The notes beneath the pieces were generated by a model, which was not told the DNA's origin, searched no databases, and was given only the letters and a program-made list of their open reading frames with translations. A stretch of DNA of 64,000 bases from Octopus vulgaris (Eukaryota). The position numbers were made by a program, and so were the translations under genes. Position 1 is the first letter of the stretch, and every line of letters begins with the position of its first letter. Shown here in pieces: positions 1-14,126 of this stretch. The DNA lies in NCBI GenBank assembly GCA_951406725.2, contig OX597814.1, forward strand, positions 189,844,001 to 189,908,000, read 5' to 3'.

Positions 1-12
1 ATAACCGTTTGA

Positions 13-470
13 CATTAAGATGTGCCGCTCACTGAAGAATTTGTATAAATCCTTTGAAGCTTTAATTTTACTAATATAATTCCTTTCCTTTTTAACTTTT
101 ACTTAAATATACTAGTAATAATAATAATGACTATAGCCATTACATCTGGAATTATTATTGCACCCATTGCTTCACATAAATAACCACCTTTACATATTCG
201 TAGTAACCGTTTAATAACCTTTGAACATACATACTTGGCAACATTAATAATGTTGGCATTAAGATGTGCCTCTCACTAATGAATTTCTATAAACCCTTTG
301 CTGGTGTAATTCCACTAATATAAATCTATCCTTCCCAATTATTTACTTCACTTACCTACTTATAATATTTGATATAACCATTACGTCTCAAATTAGTATT
401 TACCCCTCTGCTTTCCATTAATAACCACATTTACATACGTTCTTAATAAGAATTTGATAATATTTTAACA
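13..470. repeat. Diverged tandem duplication, period about 244 bp
   Basis: cattaagatgtgcc.ctcact at 13 and 257; ataaccac.tttacata near 180 and 421. Confidence 0.8.
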
Positions 471-477
471 TATATGT

Positions 478-536
<59 letters not shown>

Positions 537-1081
537 TATATTATTATTTGATTGAACGCCACGCATCCATTTCCAAGTAATTCGTTTTTCTCCCCTTCGC
601 CGTTTTGAATCTCTCTGTCTGTCTCTCTCTCTACCTCTTTTTCCTTTAATGCCTCTCACAGCTCGAACGTGACTATCGTTCATCTTTCTTTTCCTCATGA
701 GATCAGCTTTCTTTTCCTTCAGGGCTGTCGAAAATCTGTCTTCTACCTTTTCTCTTGTAAATGAAAATATTTTTCCAGCGTTCGCTATTTTAGCTTCAAC
801 TGGTCTGACAACCCTCTATGTTTGTTTTCGTTCGGTTTCTTTGTATGTCTCAACTGCCCTGTTTTTCTTACCGACTTAGACCCTCCATTAATCCCAAATT
901 ATATTTTGGCTTTTGTGTGAGCAACTGCCTTCGAAGACTAATATTGTTGCTCAATGGTCGAAATGAGTAGATGGATAGCCGACAACGGATGAAGGGTTGT
1001 TCTTTATGTTACTTGTCCTGTTTTCAATCTGTTTTCGTATTTCATGTTGTTTAATTTGTGACGTCCTGTACACATATATGC

Positions 1082-1150
<69 letters not shown>

Positions 1151-1151
<1 letters not shown>

Positions 1152-3713
1152 TCATTTATTTTATTTTTTATTTTATTTAGTTTCAGCTCACAAGCTGTGG
1201 CCATGCTGGGGCACCGCCATTTGGTGTTGCTACATGATTTTACTTCACGAATGCTTTTTAGAAAATGCCATCTGGTGCATGAGAGAGTTTGATGCAGCTG
1301 CCCTCATCTGCAACTCCTGTCGTGAAGTAGGTTCATCTGGGACATCTGACAAGAAGAGATCCAGTTTCATTTTAAAGACATCTGCATCCATCCCATGCAG
1401 GTCTCTTAGGTTCTTCAGGAGGATATTGAAGAGCTGTGGGCCTCGGAAGCCCAGGCTATCACAGTATCTTGTCCTACATCTTGATGGCAAATTTGGAGTC
1501 CTTGGCACTATGCAGTAACGCCCAGTTCTGGCATTTGTGTAACTCTCGATGTCAAAGTTTGGGACAAGTCCTTCCAGGATCTTCCAGATGTATATTATGG
1601 CATATCTTTCTCGCCTACGCTCTAAGGAATAGAGTCTCAATCTCTTGAGTCTTTCCCAGTAGCTTATATGCTGCACAGAGGCTATCTTCTTCGTGTAGCT
1701 TCGTTGGATCGCCTCAAGTTCTGTGATTAACTTGACACTGGATGGTGACCATAGCTGAGAGCAATAGTCTAAGTGGCTTAGGACAAGTTTCCTCCAGAGG
1801 ACCATCATGGTTTCCTGGTCTCTTGTTCTAAAGGTTCTAAGAATCCATCCGGTCAGCCGCCTACATTTCATTGCCAGTTTAGCAACATGCACATGAAAGG
1901 TTGCATCATCACTCATGTAAATACCCAGGTCTCGCACTGATTGTGCCTCTGGGATTGCAATCCCTCTAGGTCCAGTGTATTTATTGGGTATTGCATTTAG
2001 TTTTGCATGCTGATAGTATAAAGCTTGAAACTTTTCAGCATTGAACTGCATGCTATTCTTTTCAGCCCACTTGTATATTTTGTCCAGCTCACATTGCAGG
2101 TGCTTAGTGTCTTCAGGGTTCTGTATTGCCTGTGAAACGTTTGTATCATCTGCATAACTTGTGATCGTGGTTCTCTGCGTGGCTGAGGGGGCCATTATGA
2201 ACAGTAGTGGTCCTAGAACAGTGCCTTGCGGAACACCGCTCACTATTTGCGTGTTAATGGAAGTGGCCCCATTGGCTACTACCACCTGACTTCTATCCTT
2301 CAGAAAGTCATGAAGCCATTCTCCCAATTTTCCAACTATGCCAAGATTACGCAGTTTGTGACATATCATTCCATGATCGACTTTATCAAAGGCCTTTGCA
2401 AAGTCGAGATATATCACTTCCACATTTGAGTGGTTGAGCAGTCGTTTCAACACCCGGTCATAGTGTTGTGGGAGCTGAATTAAGCAGCTTCTTCCTGGTC
2501 GGAAACCATGTTGGGTGTCAGGCAGCAAGTCATTTTCTTCAAGGAAGGTGATTAGTTTCCTTCTGACTATTCGTTCCATGACCTTGCTGATGTGTGAGGT
2601 CAGATAGATAGGTCTGTAGTTCTTGGCCTCCGCTCTGCTACCTCCTTTATGAATAGGGCATATTTTACCTTCCTTCAGTTTTCTTGGAAGTTTGCCAGTT
2701 GCAAGGAAGCTCTGAAAGAGGAACTGCAGTGGTTTTGCTAGGACTCTCTTACATACTTTTAGAAGGATTGCTGGGAATCTGTCGGGGCCAGTAGCTGAGT
2801 TTGTTTTCATTTCATCAATAGCCTTTATTACATCTTCTTCCTTTATATCGCTGCCTCAGTGGTAAAGAAGTCAGTTGGATTGCTGACTTGAAAATGCCCT
2901 AGGGGTGGAGTGAAAATACTCTTGAATTGCTCATTTAGTATTTCACTTACCCTCATTGGATTTCCTGTGAGTGTGCCGTCCTTTTCAAGGAGTGGCCCTA
3001 TCCTACAGTGCACCGTAGCTGTTTCTTTGGCATAACTGTAGAAAGCTCTGGGGTTAGATTTTATGTTGTCTATAGCCCAGGCTTCTTTGTCTGCTCTTTC
3101 TTTTTCATGGGAGAGTTGCAGACATTTTTCAATTTCCAACAGTTTTATTTTTAGGCGGGACTTTTCACTGCTTTCAATTTGTTTGTTTAGGCGATTTGAA
3201 ATTTTTGTACGCCGTCTCATTAGAATTTTCCTCTCTCTGGGGATTTTGCTCTTGTGTACAGTGGCCTTTCTCTCTGGGACACATTTGTAGCATATGGCTT
3301 GCATTACAGACATGAATTGTTGAAGTTTTATGTCGATGTCTGGCGAGGATAGATATTCAGGCCAGTTTTGTTTGAGGATCTCTTTCTCAATTTGTTTCCA
3401 GTTTTCCTTATGGAAGTTCACGCTGGAAAGATTCTGAGAGTTTCTTGTAGGCTGCATGTCCATGCTTTCCTTTGGCCCGTACATGGTCAGCTCTACCATG
3501 TTGTGATCCGAGAGTAGAGTCGGCGTCACTTTCACATTATGGATGAGATCCATATTATTTGTGAAGCAGAGATCCAGTACGTTACCTGCCCTGGTTGGTT
3601 GGAGTATTACTTGCTCCATGTACAGAGTGTTGATGAGGTTCAGGAGGGACCTCGCCTGTCCTCGTTCACATCGTGTCATTCTTGGGAGAGAAAGTCCCTC
3701 GGGCCATATATAC
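1151..3713 (-). mobile_element. 5'-truncated CR1/L2-group (jockey-like RT) LINE with 3' UTR stem-loop and A-rich tail
   Basis: Two consecutive minus-strand ORFs give the end of an APE domain plus a full RT; short 3' UTR 1151-1244 runs into (TA)n. Confidence 0.93.
1245..2810 (-). CDS. LINE ORF2, reverse transcriptase and C-terminal part (frameshift-separated)
   Basis: Motifs NYRPI, QHGFRPGRSC, YLDFAKAFDKV, GVPQGTVLGPLLF, YADD, DLGI, SLERRR. Confidence 0.93.
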   Translation of the reverse strand: MKTNSATGPDRFPAILLKVCKRVLAKPLQFLFQSFLATGKLPRKLKEGKICPIHKGGSRAEAKNYRPIYLTSHISKVMERIVRRKLITFLEENDLLPDTQHGFRPGRSCLIQLPQHYDRVLKRLLNHSNVEVIYLDFAKAFDKVDHGMICHKLRNLGIVGKLGEWLHDFLKDRSQVVVANGATSINTQIVSGVPQGTVLGPLLFIMAPSATQRTTITSYADDTNVSQAIQNPEDTKHLQCELDKIYKWAEKNSMQFNAEKFQALYYQHAKLNAIPNKYTGPRGIAIPEAQSVRDLGIYMSDDATFHVHVAKLAMKCRRLTGWILRTFRTRDQETMMVLWRKLVLSHLDYCSQLWSPSSVKLITELEAIQRSYTKKIASVQHISYWERLKRLRLYSLERRRERYAIIYIWKILEGLVPNFDIESYTNARTGRYCIVPRTPNLPSRCRTRYCDSLGFRGPQLFNILLKNLRDLHGMDADVFKMKLDLFLSDVPDEPTSRQELQMRAAASNSLMHQMAFSKKHS

Positions 3714-3715
3714 AA
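2843..3715 (-). pseudogene. LINE ORF2 N-terminal part: end of AP endonuclease plus linker; frameshift near 2850
   Basis: PTR..NVLDL and SDH motifs of APE; reading continues in another frame (DIKEEDVIKAIDEMKTN) into the RT ORF. Confidence 0.88.
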
Positions 3716-4116
3716 TCTAAATTAATATGTGCCTACTTATTTATTTATTGATTTATTTATATTCAGATCTTCTATATACTCCAAAATTATTTTCCACTTA
3801 CATAATTCTGTGCCCCACCTATTCTAATTTTTTACATACAACTAAACAAAATACTTTCCTTTCTCTTGTATTTATGAGAATGTATACATACACACACAGA
3901 CGTAAGTAATTTATTAATTATTGGTATATGAAGATATATTTTAGGCGTGTATGTATGTGGAAGTGCATTTATGTACATATGTATGTGTATGAGTAGATGT
4001 ATGCATGTCTATGTGTGTATCAGCATGTCTGTATATGTATGTATGTACATATACATATGTGAGTGTGTGCACATGTACGTGAGTGTGCATATGTGTATAT
4101 ATGTGTTTTTATGTAA

Positions 4117-4149
<33 letters not shown>

Positions 4150-4331
4150 CGATCAGATGCACATACATATGAGTACGCGAGCGTGTATGCATGCACGCCT
4201 GTGTATGTGTATATATATATATGTGCGTGTGCGTATGTGTATACATGCATGCTGGGATATATATGTATATGTGCGTGTGCATATGTATGCGTACGTATGA
4301 ACGTGTGTGTGTGTATATATATATATATACA

Positions 4332-4396
<65 letters not shown>

Positions 4397-4716
4397 TAAT
4401 ATACGTGCATATGTGTGTGTATGCGTGCATATATGTGGATAAAAATAAATATATAGTAATAAATATGTGTGTGTGTGTGTCTGTGTGCACGCATATATAT
4501 GAGTATATGTGTAATACATATAATTAATAATTATTATTAAAAACCTTGTTTCGATTAAAGCTAAATTATAACTGTCTAAAAGACAATATAAAATATAATG
4601 TATTACAACTTACATGTTATCTGGACGAGGTTCAGTCAACTAATTTCTCAAAAGACTGTCTTAACTATTGGTGACGTAGTTCGTAGTATCAAATGTCTTT
4701 ACCTATTTTGGTGACG

Positions 4717-4946
4717 TGGAACACCACCTTCAGTGGAGTAAATCAACCCCAGGACTTATTCTTTGTAAGCCTAGTACTTACTCTATTGGTCACTTTTGCG
4801 GAATAGCTATATAACTGCGACGTAAACGCATCGGTTGTCAAGCGATGTTGGGGGGGGGGACAAACACTGACACACAAACATATACACACACATACATACA
4901 TGCATGCATATATATGTGTATATATACATATATATATATATATATG

Positions 4947-5002
<56 letters not shown>

Positions 5003-5133
5003 TATGTACGTCTACCAAATCCACTCACAAGGCTTTGGTCAGCCCGGAGAGGACTCTTGCCGAAGGTGCCACGCAGTGAGACTGAACCTGGAACCATGTG
5101 GTTGGTAAGCAAGCGACTTACCACACAGCCACT
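4717..5133 (-). mobile_element. SINE-A (tRNA-like head, internal TA/TG microsatellite, CR1/L2-type tail; tail eroded here)
   Basis: Matches about ten other copies in the window; A/B-box-like tggctgtgtggt and ggttcagtc. Confidence 0.85.
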
Positions 5134-5135
5134 AC

Positions 5136-5166
<31 letters not shown>

Positions 5167-6581
5167 TCACACACATCGTGGTACTCTAGAAGCGGTGCAC
5201 ATTACCAGAACTTTCGACTCGAATCAAATACAACTATTTCAAGTGGTTGTTAGAGTATCTACATAAGAATAGTCAGGACTGGCTAGTTTGTACTGGCGTC
5301 GAGCCCATTATTACACCTTATACGATTCGATGCCAGTACAAACTAGCCGGTTCCAACTCCACTCACATACACATATAGACATATATATATAAACACAGAC
5401 CCATATATATATATACATGCATACGTAGATGGGCACGTACATTCATGCAAACATCCATGCATTATATTTATCTGAATTTTTATGTTTATTTTCACATTCT
5501 GTTATGCCATATGCTTTTGAGAAATCGTTACTGAATAATTCAAATGCGATAACACACAGTCGCCTATTTTACCTATTCCCTTACTTATTTCAAACAATAT
5601 TGAGACATGGGAACGCTGAGATATGAAAAATAAATAAACAAACATATAACACAAATAAAACAAGTGGCAAAACAAAAATATAACACATTAAACCCCAAAT
5701 CTTTGCCGTTATTGCATGCTAGATAGATTATACTGAATATTTGAATATTTTCATTGTCATATATATATTTTCATTTTTGTATTATTAATTTTATTTTTAT
5801 TTCATTTACACATTTTTTTTTTCAGATATTTCACTTTTCTCTCATTGAGGTATTTCTTAACACATTTCTATACAGAATATCGGAAGTAATTTATATATAT
5901 TCCAACGATATTATTTCGTCTGATGTCATGACACTATTCGCTGTAGCCTACCACCATCAGTGTTCATGTCGCTATTGTTGGAACCGAATTAGATATTCGA
6001 AGATGAAGCTGTATATACACATATGTATACGTATATACAAATAATGATATACATACATACATATATGTGTGTGTATGTGTTTGTGTGTAATGGGGAACGG
6101 TGTGTGGAATGGGTGGGATAATGGGGTGTATGTCTTAATTCAAAATATAGACTATCAAATCAAATGAAAATGAGACAAAAACCATTCTTTTATTTCAAAT
6201 TGAATCATTTTGTGTGTAATGGCACAGAATGAAATCTAGGTTGTTGAGTCACAGGTACGGTAGCGAGCCAGAAGTAACCCTACCCACAGAGTAGTTAATT
6301 TTCATTCTGCGTTCCATGTTCGAATCGTACTGATGCCGGGCTCGGTATTTCATCCATCCCCCCTAATGAATCGAAAACCTGAGCGTCAGTTTCGGTCTTA
6401 AGTATTCAGTCGACTGACAAAGTTCTTCTCTATGGATCGGGAAATGAATATGAGAATTCATTGCCTAAATTATTATTGTTATTTTTTCACTACCATCGGA
6501 GGGCGATGCGCTCCTTACAAACAAGTTCGTGATATATAAAATGTTTTGAATAGGAACCGGAAAGTGAAGTGTGAAAATACA

Positions 6582-6814
6582 TATTTCTTTACTACCCACA
6601 AGGAGCTAAACACAGAGGGGACAAACAAGGACAGACAAACGGATTAAGTCGATTGCATTGACCCCAGTGCGTTACTGGTACTTAATTTATCGACCCCGAA
6701 AGGATGAAAGGCAAAATCGACCTCGGCGGAATTTGAGCTCAGAACGTAACGGTAGACGAAATACGGCTACGCATTTTGCCCGGCGTGCTAACGTTTCTGC
6801 CAGCTCGCTGCCTT
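6582..6814 (-). mobile_element. SINE-B monomer (tRNA-like head, Nin-like central domain, Tx1-type tail)
   Basis: A box tggcagaaacgtt, B-box-like gagctcaaattcc, central gaggtcga.tttgcctttcatcctttcggggtcgataaattaagtaccag. Confidence 0.9.
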
Positions 6815-7179
6815 CAAGTTTATAACTATATACATGTGTGTGTTTGAATATATATGGGTAGAATGAGAGGGAAGCAGGTAGACACAGATAGCTGAAAGCG
6901 TTAATTATCGTTCCTAGTTATGTAAATAAAATTATGTAACAAGACTGAGACAATAGAAGTATATACAGGCACACTGACAAACAGACATACAGAAACACAC
7001 AAACCGACACACATACACATATACACAAACACACAAATACATTCACAGATACACAGTTACATGCAGTCTTGAGGATGTGTGTGTGCGTTTGGTGTCTCAA
7101 ACGAGAACCTCATAAACGGGTACAAACAAGCATTATAATTAATATAAATTTAAATAAATAAATATATATATGCATATAT

Positions 7180-7231
<52 letters not shown>

Positions 7232-7255
7232 TATATATATATATTTATATGCATA

Positions 7256-7286
<31 letters not shown>

Positions 7287-7324
7287 GCATGGATATATAC
7301 ATACATATATATATGCATGTATAT

Positions 7325-7356
<32 letters not shown>

Positions 7357-7413
7357 GCATGTATATATACATATATATGTGTATATATAAATGCATGTAT
7401 ATATATATGCCTG

Positions 7414-7472
<59 letters not shown>

Positions 7473-7497
7473 TTATGTATATATATATATCTGTGTG

Positions 7498-7532
<35 letters not shown>

Positions 7533-7705
7533 GTATGTATATATATGTATGTATGTATATATTTATATGTGCTACTCACAACTTACACCAGCTGTCGCTA
7601 TTGTCATATCATTTCGTTGTACACAATCTAAAAGTTTTCTTTTTGAAAAAAAATCTGTCCTTTACATGTCCTTCCCAATTATTGTTGCAATTTTGATGCC
7701 TATCA

Positions 7706-7740
<35 letters not shown>

Positions 7741-8059
7741 GGTATTATTAATGTTATCATTATCTCGTTTCAATTACTGTGTCATAGAGTAAATTTTATG
7801 TTTCGTCTGTCTTTTTTATGAAGTTTAATTCGTTCATTGTGTCACGTCCTTACGTCCTTAGCTATCCCGAATTTATTACGTAGCTGTGTCTTGTCCACCA
7901 CAGCACTACATATTTTGTAATTGCGATGGTTTAAACTTTATTGTCTGTATATATTTATGTAATTAAGGCTATGAAAGATCCAATAATAATAATAATAATA
8001 ATGACAAAAAATACAACAGCAACAGCAACAACAACAATAATAATGATAATATTATTATT

Positions 8060-8094
<35 letters not shown>

Positions 8095-8113
8095 TAATAA
8101 TAATAATTATAAT

Positions 8114-8667
8114 AGCCCTCATGGCTGTTGATCTTAACTCTCTCATGGCTTCTGATCTTAACTGATTGGAAGTGTTATCATCTACATGTTTTGTCTTGGT
8201 ATAAAAGATGGGCTACAGCAAATATTCTGCTCAGTACCACAGATTTGCTTGTCAGTTGTTTGACCTTAACCAATTGAGCACGTCCCTTAATGCCTGACGA
8301 TATGTGTATCTCTGATCACGAGCAGAAGTAGTGGGGGAGCATCATAGCCATGTGTTGAGAGGGATTCTTTGGAGTTTGGATAATTCAACTTTGGAAACAT
8401 GGGTTGCTCGTTCAACATCCTTAAATAATCCTTCTTCAGGGACATTTTGAGCGGGATGGGCTGCTCGACCAGAAGAAAATTCAAACTGGGCCCCACCTAC
8501 AAGGTAATGCGCTGGTTATCTTGATATGAGATCACCATATCGCGCACATATGGTTGTGATGCATGTGCCTAGTGTACCCTTATCAGACGGGTAGTCATGA
8601 TGAGTATACTGGGCTTCGTATATTTTACCCCAGTGTCACTTTGATGGCATGCACTGCTATCTCACTC

Positions 8668-8716
<49 letters not shown>

Positions 8717-8849
8717 CCCCGATGCAGTACCAGGCAGTAGCTCTCATGGCTTCTGATCTCAACTGATTGGAAGTGTTATCATGTACATTGTTTTGTTTTG
8801 GTATAAAAGATGGGCTACAGCAAATATTCTGCTCAATATCACAAATTTA
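8114..8849. mobile_element. Non-coding ~555-bp element embedded in (AAT)n: near-full copy 8114-8667 plus partial copy 8716-8849
   Basis: Homologous to the inverted copy at 52022-52576; ends abut AAT/ATT repeats. Confidence 0.82.
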
Positions 8850-9449
8850 CTTATAATAATAATAATAATAATAATGCCCACACAAAGAGAAAAACAGCAA
8901 CAACTACAACATCAACAACATAGGAAGCAACTACAACCGGACAACCAGCCCATCCCTCTCGGATCCTGTGCTTAGAGAACATAGCCTAGCTAGTAACAAA
9001 AACAACGACTATAAAAACACCGTCACTGCTGAAGTAAAGAAAAAAGCAACGATCTTGGTTTTCATACGCTGAGCTTGTCCCCCGAAGAAGACTGCAAGTG
9101 AGCAATGGACTCTCTGAGCAGTCATTTGGCATGTTAGAAAGAGTAGTTACTTCTCTTTCAAATCGTATCTAACAACGCAGATTAAGGACAAATCAGATAG
9201 TGTAATCCTGTATGCGGCTGTCCTTGTCACCCCTGCCCTGCGTAGGCCGATGTAATCTCTGCGTTTGTGGGAGGCCTGCAGCAAGTCGCACAGGGCGAAC
9301 TTGGCGTCTCAAGCCTTTGCCGGCAACCAAGTTAGAGTTGGTGTGGTATTTGGGGTAAGCCTTTACATGGAAATCTCAAATAAACACATCCGGGGAGTAA
9401 ACTCGGTAAAAGATCATTCTCATTCTTTGCAATGATAACAAGGACACAT

Positions 9450-9633
9450 TCTTTATAAGTCTAGTACTTATTCTATTGGTTTCTTTTACCGAACCACTAA
9501 GTTACGCGGACGTAAACACACCAACATCGGTTATGAAGCGATGGTGGGGGAACAAACACAGACACAAAAATGAATACACACACATAAATGATAGGCTTCT
9601 TTCCGTTTCCGCCCGCCGAACCCACTCACAAGC
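9450..9633 (-). mobile_element. SINE-A internal fragment
   Basis: Similarity to the SINE-A body. Confidence 0.75.
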
Positions 9634-9893
9634 ATAAAAATTTGTAACGACGTTTGTCGTTGTTGTTTTTTTAATTTGTGGGCATGATGGTATTTGTGGG
9701 TGTTTGTGTTGTGGGCTGTGTCTGGTCTGTAGTGATGATAGTTGTGATGGTGACGATGGTGTTGATAATGTTTGTGTTGTTGTTGGCATGTTGCTGTCGA
9801 TAGCTTGTCCGTTTGGATCTTATTGCATTTTGTTGGTGTGTCTTCCTTGTTTCGTCAACATGAGTTTTGCTTATTTGCTTGTCATATCTGTAA

Positions 9894-9940
<47 letters not shown>

Positions 9941-11112
9941 GAGAGAAAGAGAGACAGACAGACAGACAGACAGAAATAGATATATATCACCGGGTCGAAT
10001 AGACTATCCGCTGTTGTTATACATCGGGGATGTGATCACAATACGCTTTCTCGCATTGTTTTAGACTTCAAATTATGCTCTCATCCCAGAGAGAACGTGG
10101 AACGATTTTTTTTCTTCTTTTTTACTGAACAGTGGATCTCGAAACACATAAATCTATAAATAATAGCATGAAGATATTGGGTTGGAAAAAGCCTTTTCAT
10201 AAGAAAAAAAAGTCGAAATTCTTTCTTCTTAACAGCAAGGATCGTCTGTTTCTGATGTCATAGCAATTTAGAAACTTTCGGGTGAACGTGAAACAATTTT
10301 TTATGCAACTCCTTACGCAGTAATTCTCGAAGCACATAAATCTCAAAATTAATATTATATTATTATATAACTATTAGGTTAGGTTACAGTATTGTAATTT
10401 TAATGCAAGTTCACATGTACGGCGAAACTTCACGAGCGAAATGAAAAGAGAACTCGATCCCCCGAGTAGAACAAATATTTATGTTTTCCAATATTTAGCT
10501 TTCGACGTATCGTTATTCAAAATTTCATATCTTCAGAGCATCTTTAGGGCAATCATCAGACGTGGATGCAGCATCCAGAACCGCTGACCTTTGATACTTG
10601 AAAAGCTATTCATGTGTTTAGTCGATCATATCAAAACCAGTACATATTTCAGACTGGTTCTTAATTTATTGATCTTTATTTATCTAAAAATCATTGGCGC
10701 AGACATGGATAAGGCTGTGGCCGACTAGTTACAGTACACACGCATATACACGCATATACACACATATATACACGTGCGCACACATACGCACGTAGAGACA
10801 CACATATACACAGACAAGCGTGGTCACGTTTTCAGTTATATTTGCATGCGATTGACCTTGAGTGCTTCTATATACGTTTGTATTTATATATGTATGTATG
10901 TATGTAATTATGTATGTATGTATGTATGTATGTATGTATGTATGTATGTATGTATGTATGTATGTATGTATGTATGTATATATGTACGTATGTATACAAG
11001 TGTGTATATGTTTGTCGGTGTGTGAGTGTGTGTCTGCGGTACGTTGACAATCGAACCTAACTTTACAATGCAGAATTTAATCGATGTACATTTGCATATA
11101 CAAAATTCGGAT

Positions 11113-11199
<87 letters not shown>

Positions 11200-11293
11200 G
11201 TATATATATATATGTGTGTATATATATATATATGTATATATATATATACATATATATATATACATATATATATACATATATATACACATATAT

Positions 11294-11348
<55 letters not shown>

Positions 11349-11863
11349 TGGCATATATTTACATGTACAAACACATATGTACACTCACATATCTATATCT
11401 ATCTATCTATACATATATATATATATATATATAATTTTAATAATCATAATAATTCATATATACATAGATATACATATATACATTACATCATATATACATG
11501 TACACATACACATGTACAAATACTGAATAAAAGGATTGTACAGAAGCCACGATATGGTATAACACTTAGTTTGAGCAAGGCCTGAAACATCAGAGTGGAT
11601 CCAGTCGAATATCAGTCAAATTACAGTAAGCCAGGAATCAGTACGGACAAATGGAAAGGGAATCAAATGCGTTGCAGAGAGTTTTGTTTGAAACGCACAG
11701 CTGAAACTGTTGAAGTTATTATATCAGCCACATAGACGATGTAATGTATATAAAATATTTTGATAAAACAGGCGATCTATTGAGGATGTGTTATCAAAGA
11801 AAACACTTATTAAAGTAGCCAACCAGAGAGATGTATCGTAGACGTTTATATATCGCATATATG

Positions 11864-11904
<41 letters not shown>

Positions 11905-11921
11905 ATGTATTTATATTTACA

Positions 11922-11975
<54 letters not shown>

Positions 11976-12101
11976 CATACATACATATATATATGTGTAT
12001 AAACATATATATATGTATGTGTGTATATACATATATATGTATATATGTATATATATATATGTATATATGTATATATATATGTATATATGTATATATATAT
12101 G

Positions 12102-12138
<37 letters not shown>

Positions 12139-12187
12139 TTATATGTATATATATATATGTATATATGTATATATATATATGTATATA

Positions 12188-12280
<93 letters not shown>

Positions 12281-12483
12281 CAAAGATTAATATGCGTGTA
12301 TGCATGTCTTATAGGCTGTTACGGAATATACTTTAGCGCTTAAATGAGATATGAAATTATAATATTAAAGGGACTCCTGAATCACTCTATATGTTCATAT
12401 TTGCAAACACATGCATATATATATATATATATATGCGTATGTATGTATTATTCATGTATATATATATATATATATATATATAT

Positions 12484-13588
<1,105 letters not shown>

Positions 13589-14069
13589 GTATATATATAT
13601 ATGCACATATATATATACGTTTAAATATTTGTTGTGCAAGATTTTTTATGCGAAGTCGTGTGTTGAAACAGATATTGTTATATTTCGGAATGGTCATTTT
13701 GCCAGTTTAGCCAATAAAAACACACGCACTATATATTTGGTGTTACTTTGCTTCAGTGTTATTTATTTTTTACATTAATCTTAATCTTATTTCGGCCAGA
13801 GTTCTTTCGTCACACTCCTGTGACCGCATCAGTGGTCCTTTGTTTTCTTCTCACTTATTTGTGTCTATCCTTACTAACCGTCAGCAATTTTGTATATGTA
13901 TATTTTGTATATGTATATTTTGTATTATATATAGTGCGTGTATTTTTATTGGCTAAACTGGCAAAATGACCATTCCGAAATATTTTGTATATATATAGTG
14001 CGTGTGTTTTTATTGGCTAAACTGGCAAAATGACCATTCCGAAATATAACATATATATATATGTATATA

Positions 14070-14126
<57 letters not shown>

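Noticed and set aside
9230-9330. GC-rich structured segment with ggcgaa as an HDV-like ribozyme
   Set aside because: I could build only simple hairpins, not the nested double pseudoknot.
10375-10386. ttaggttaggtt as a telomeric repeat
   Set aside because: Only about two units; probably part of an unclassified old repeat.
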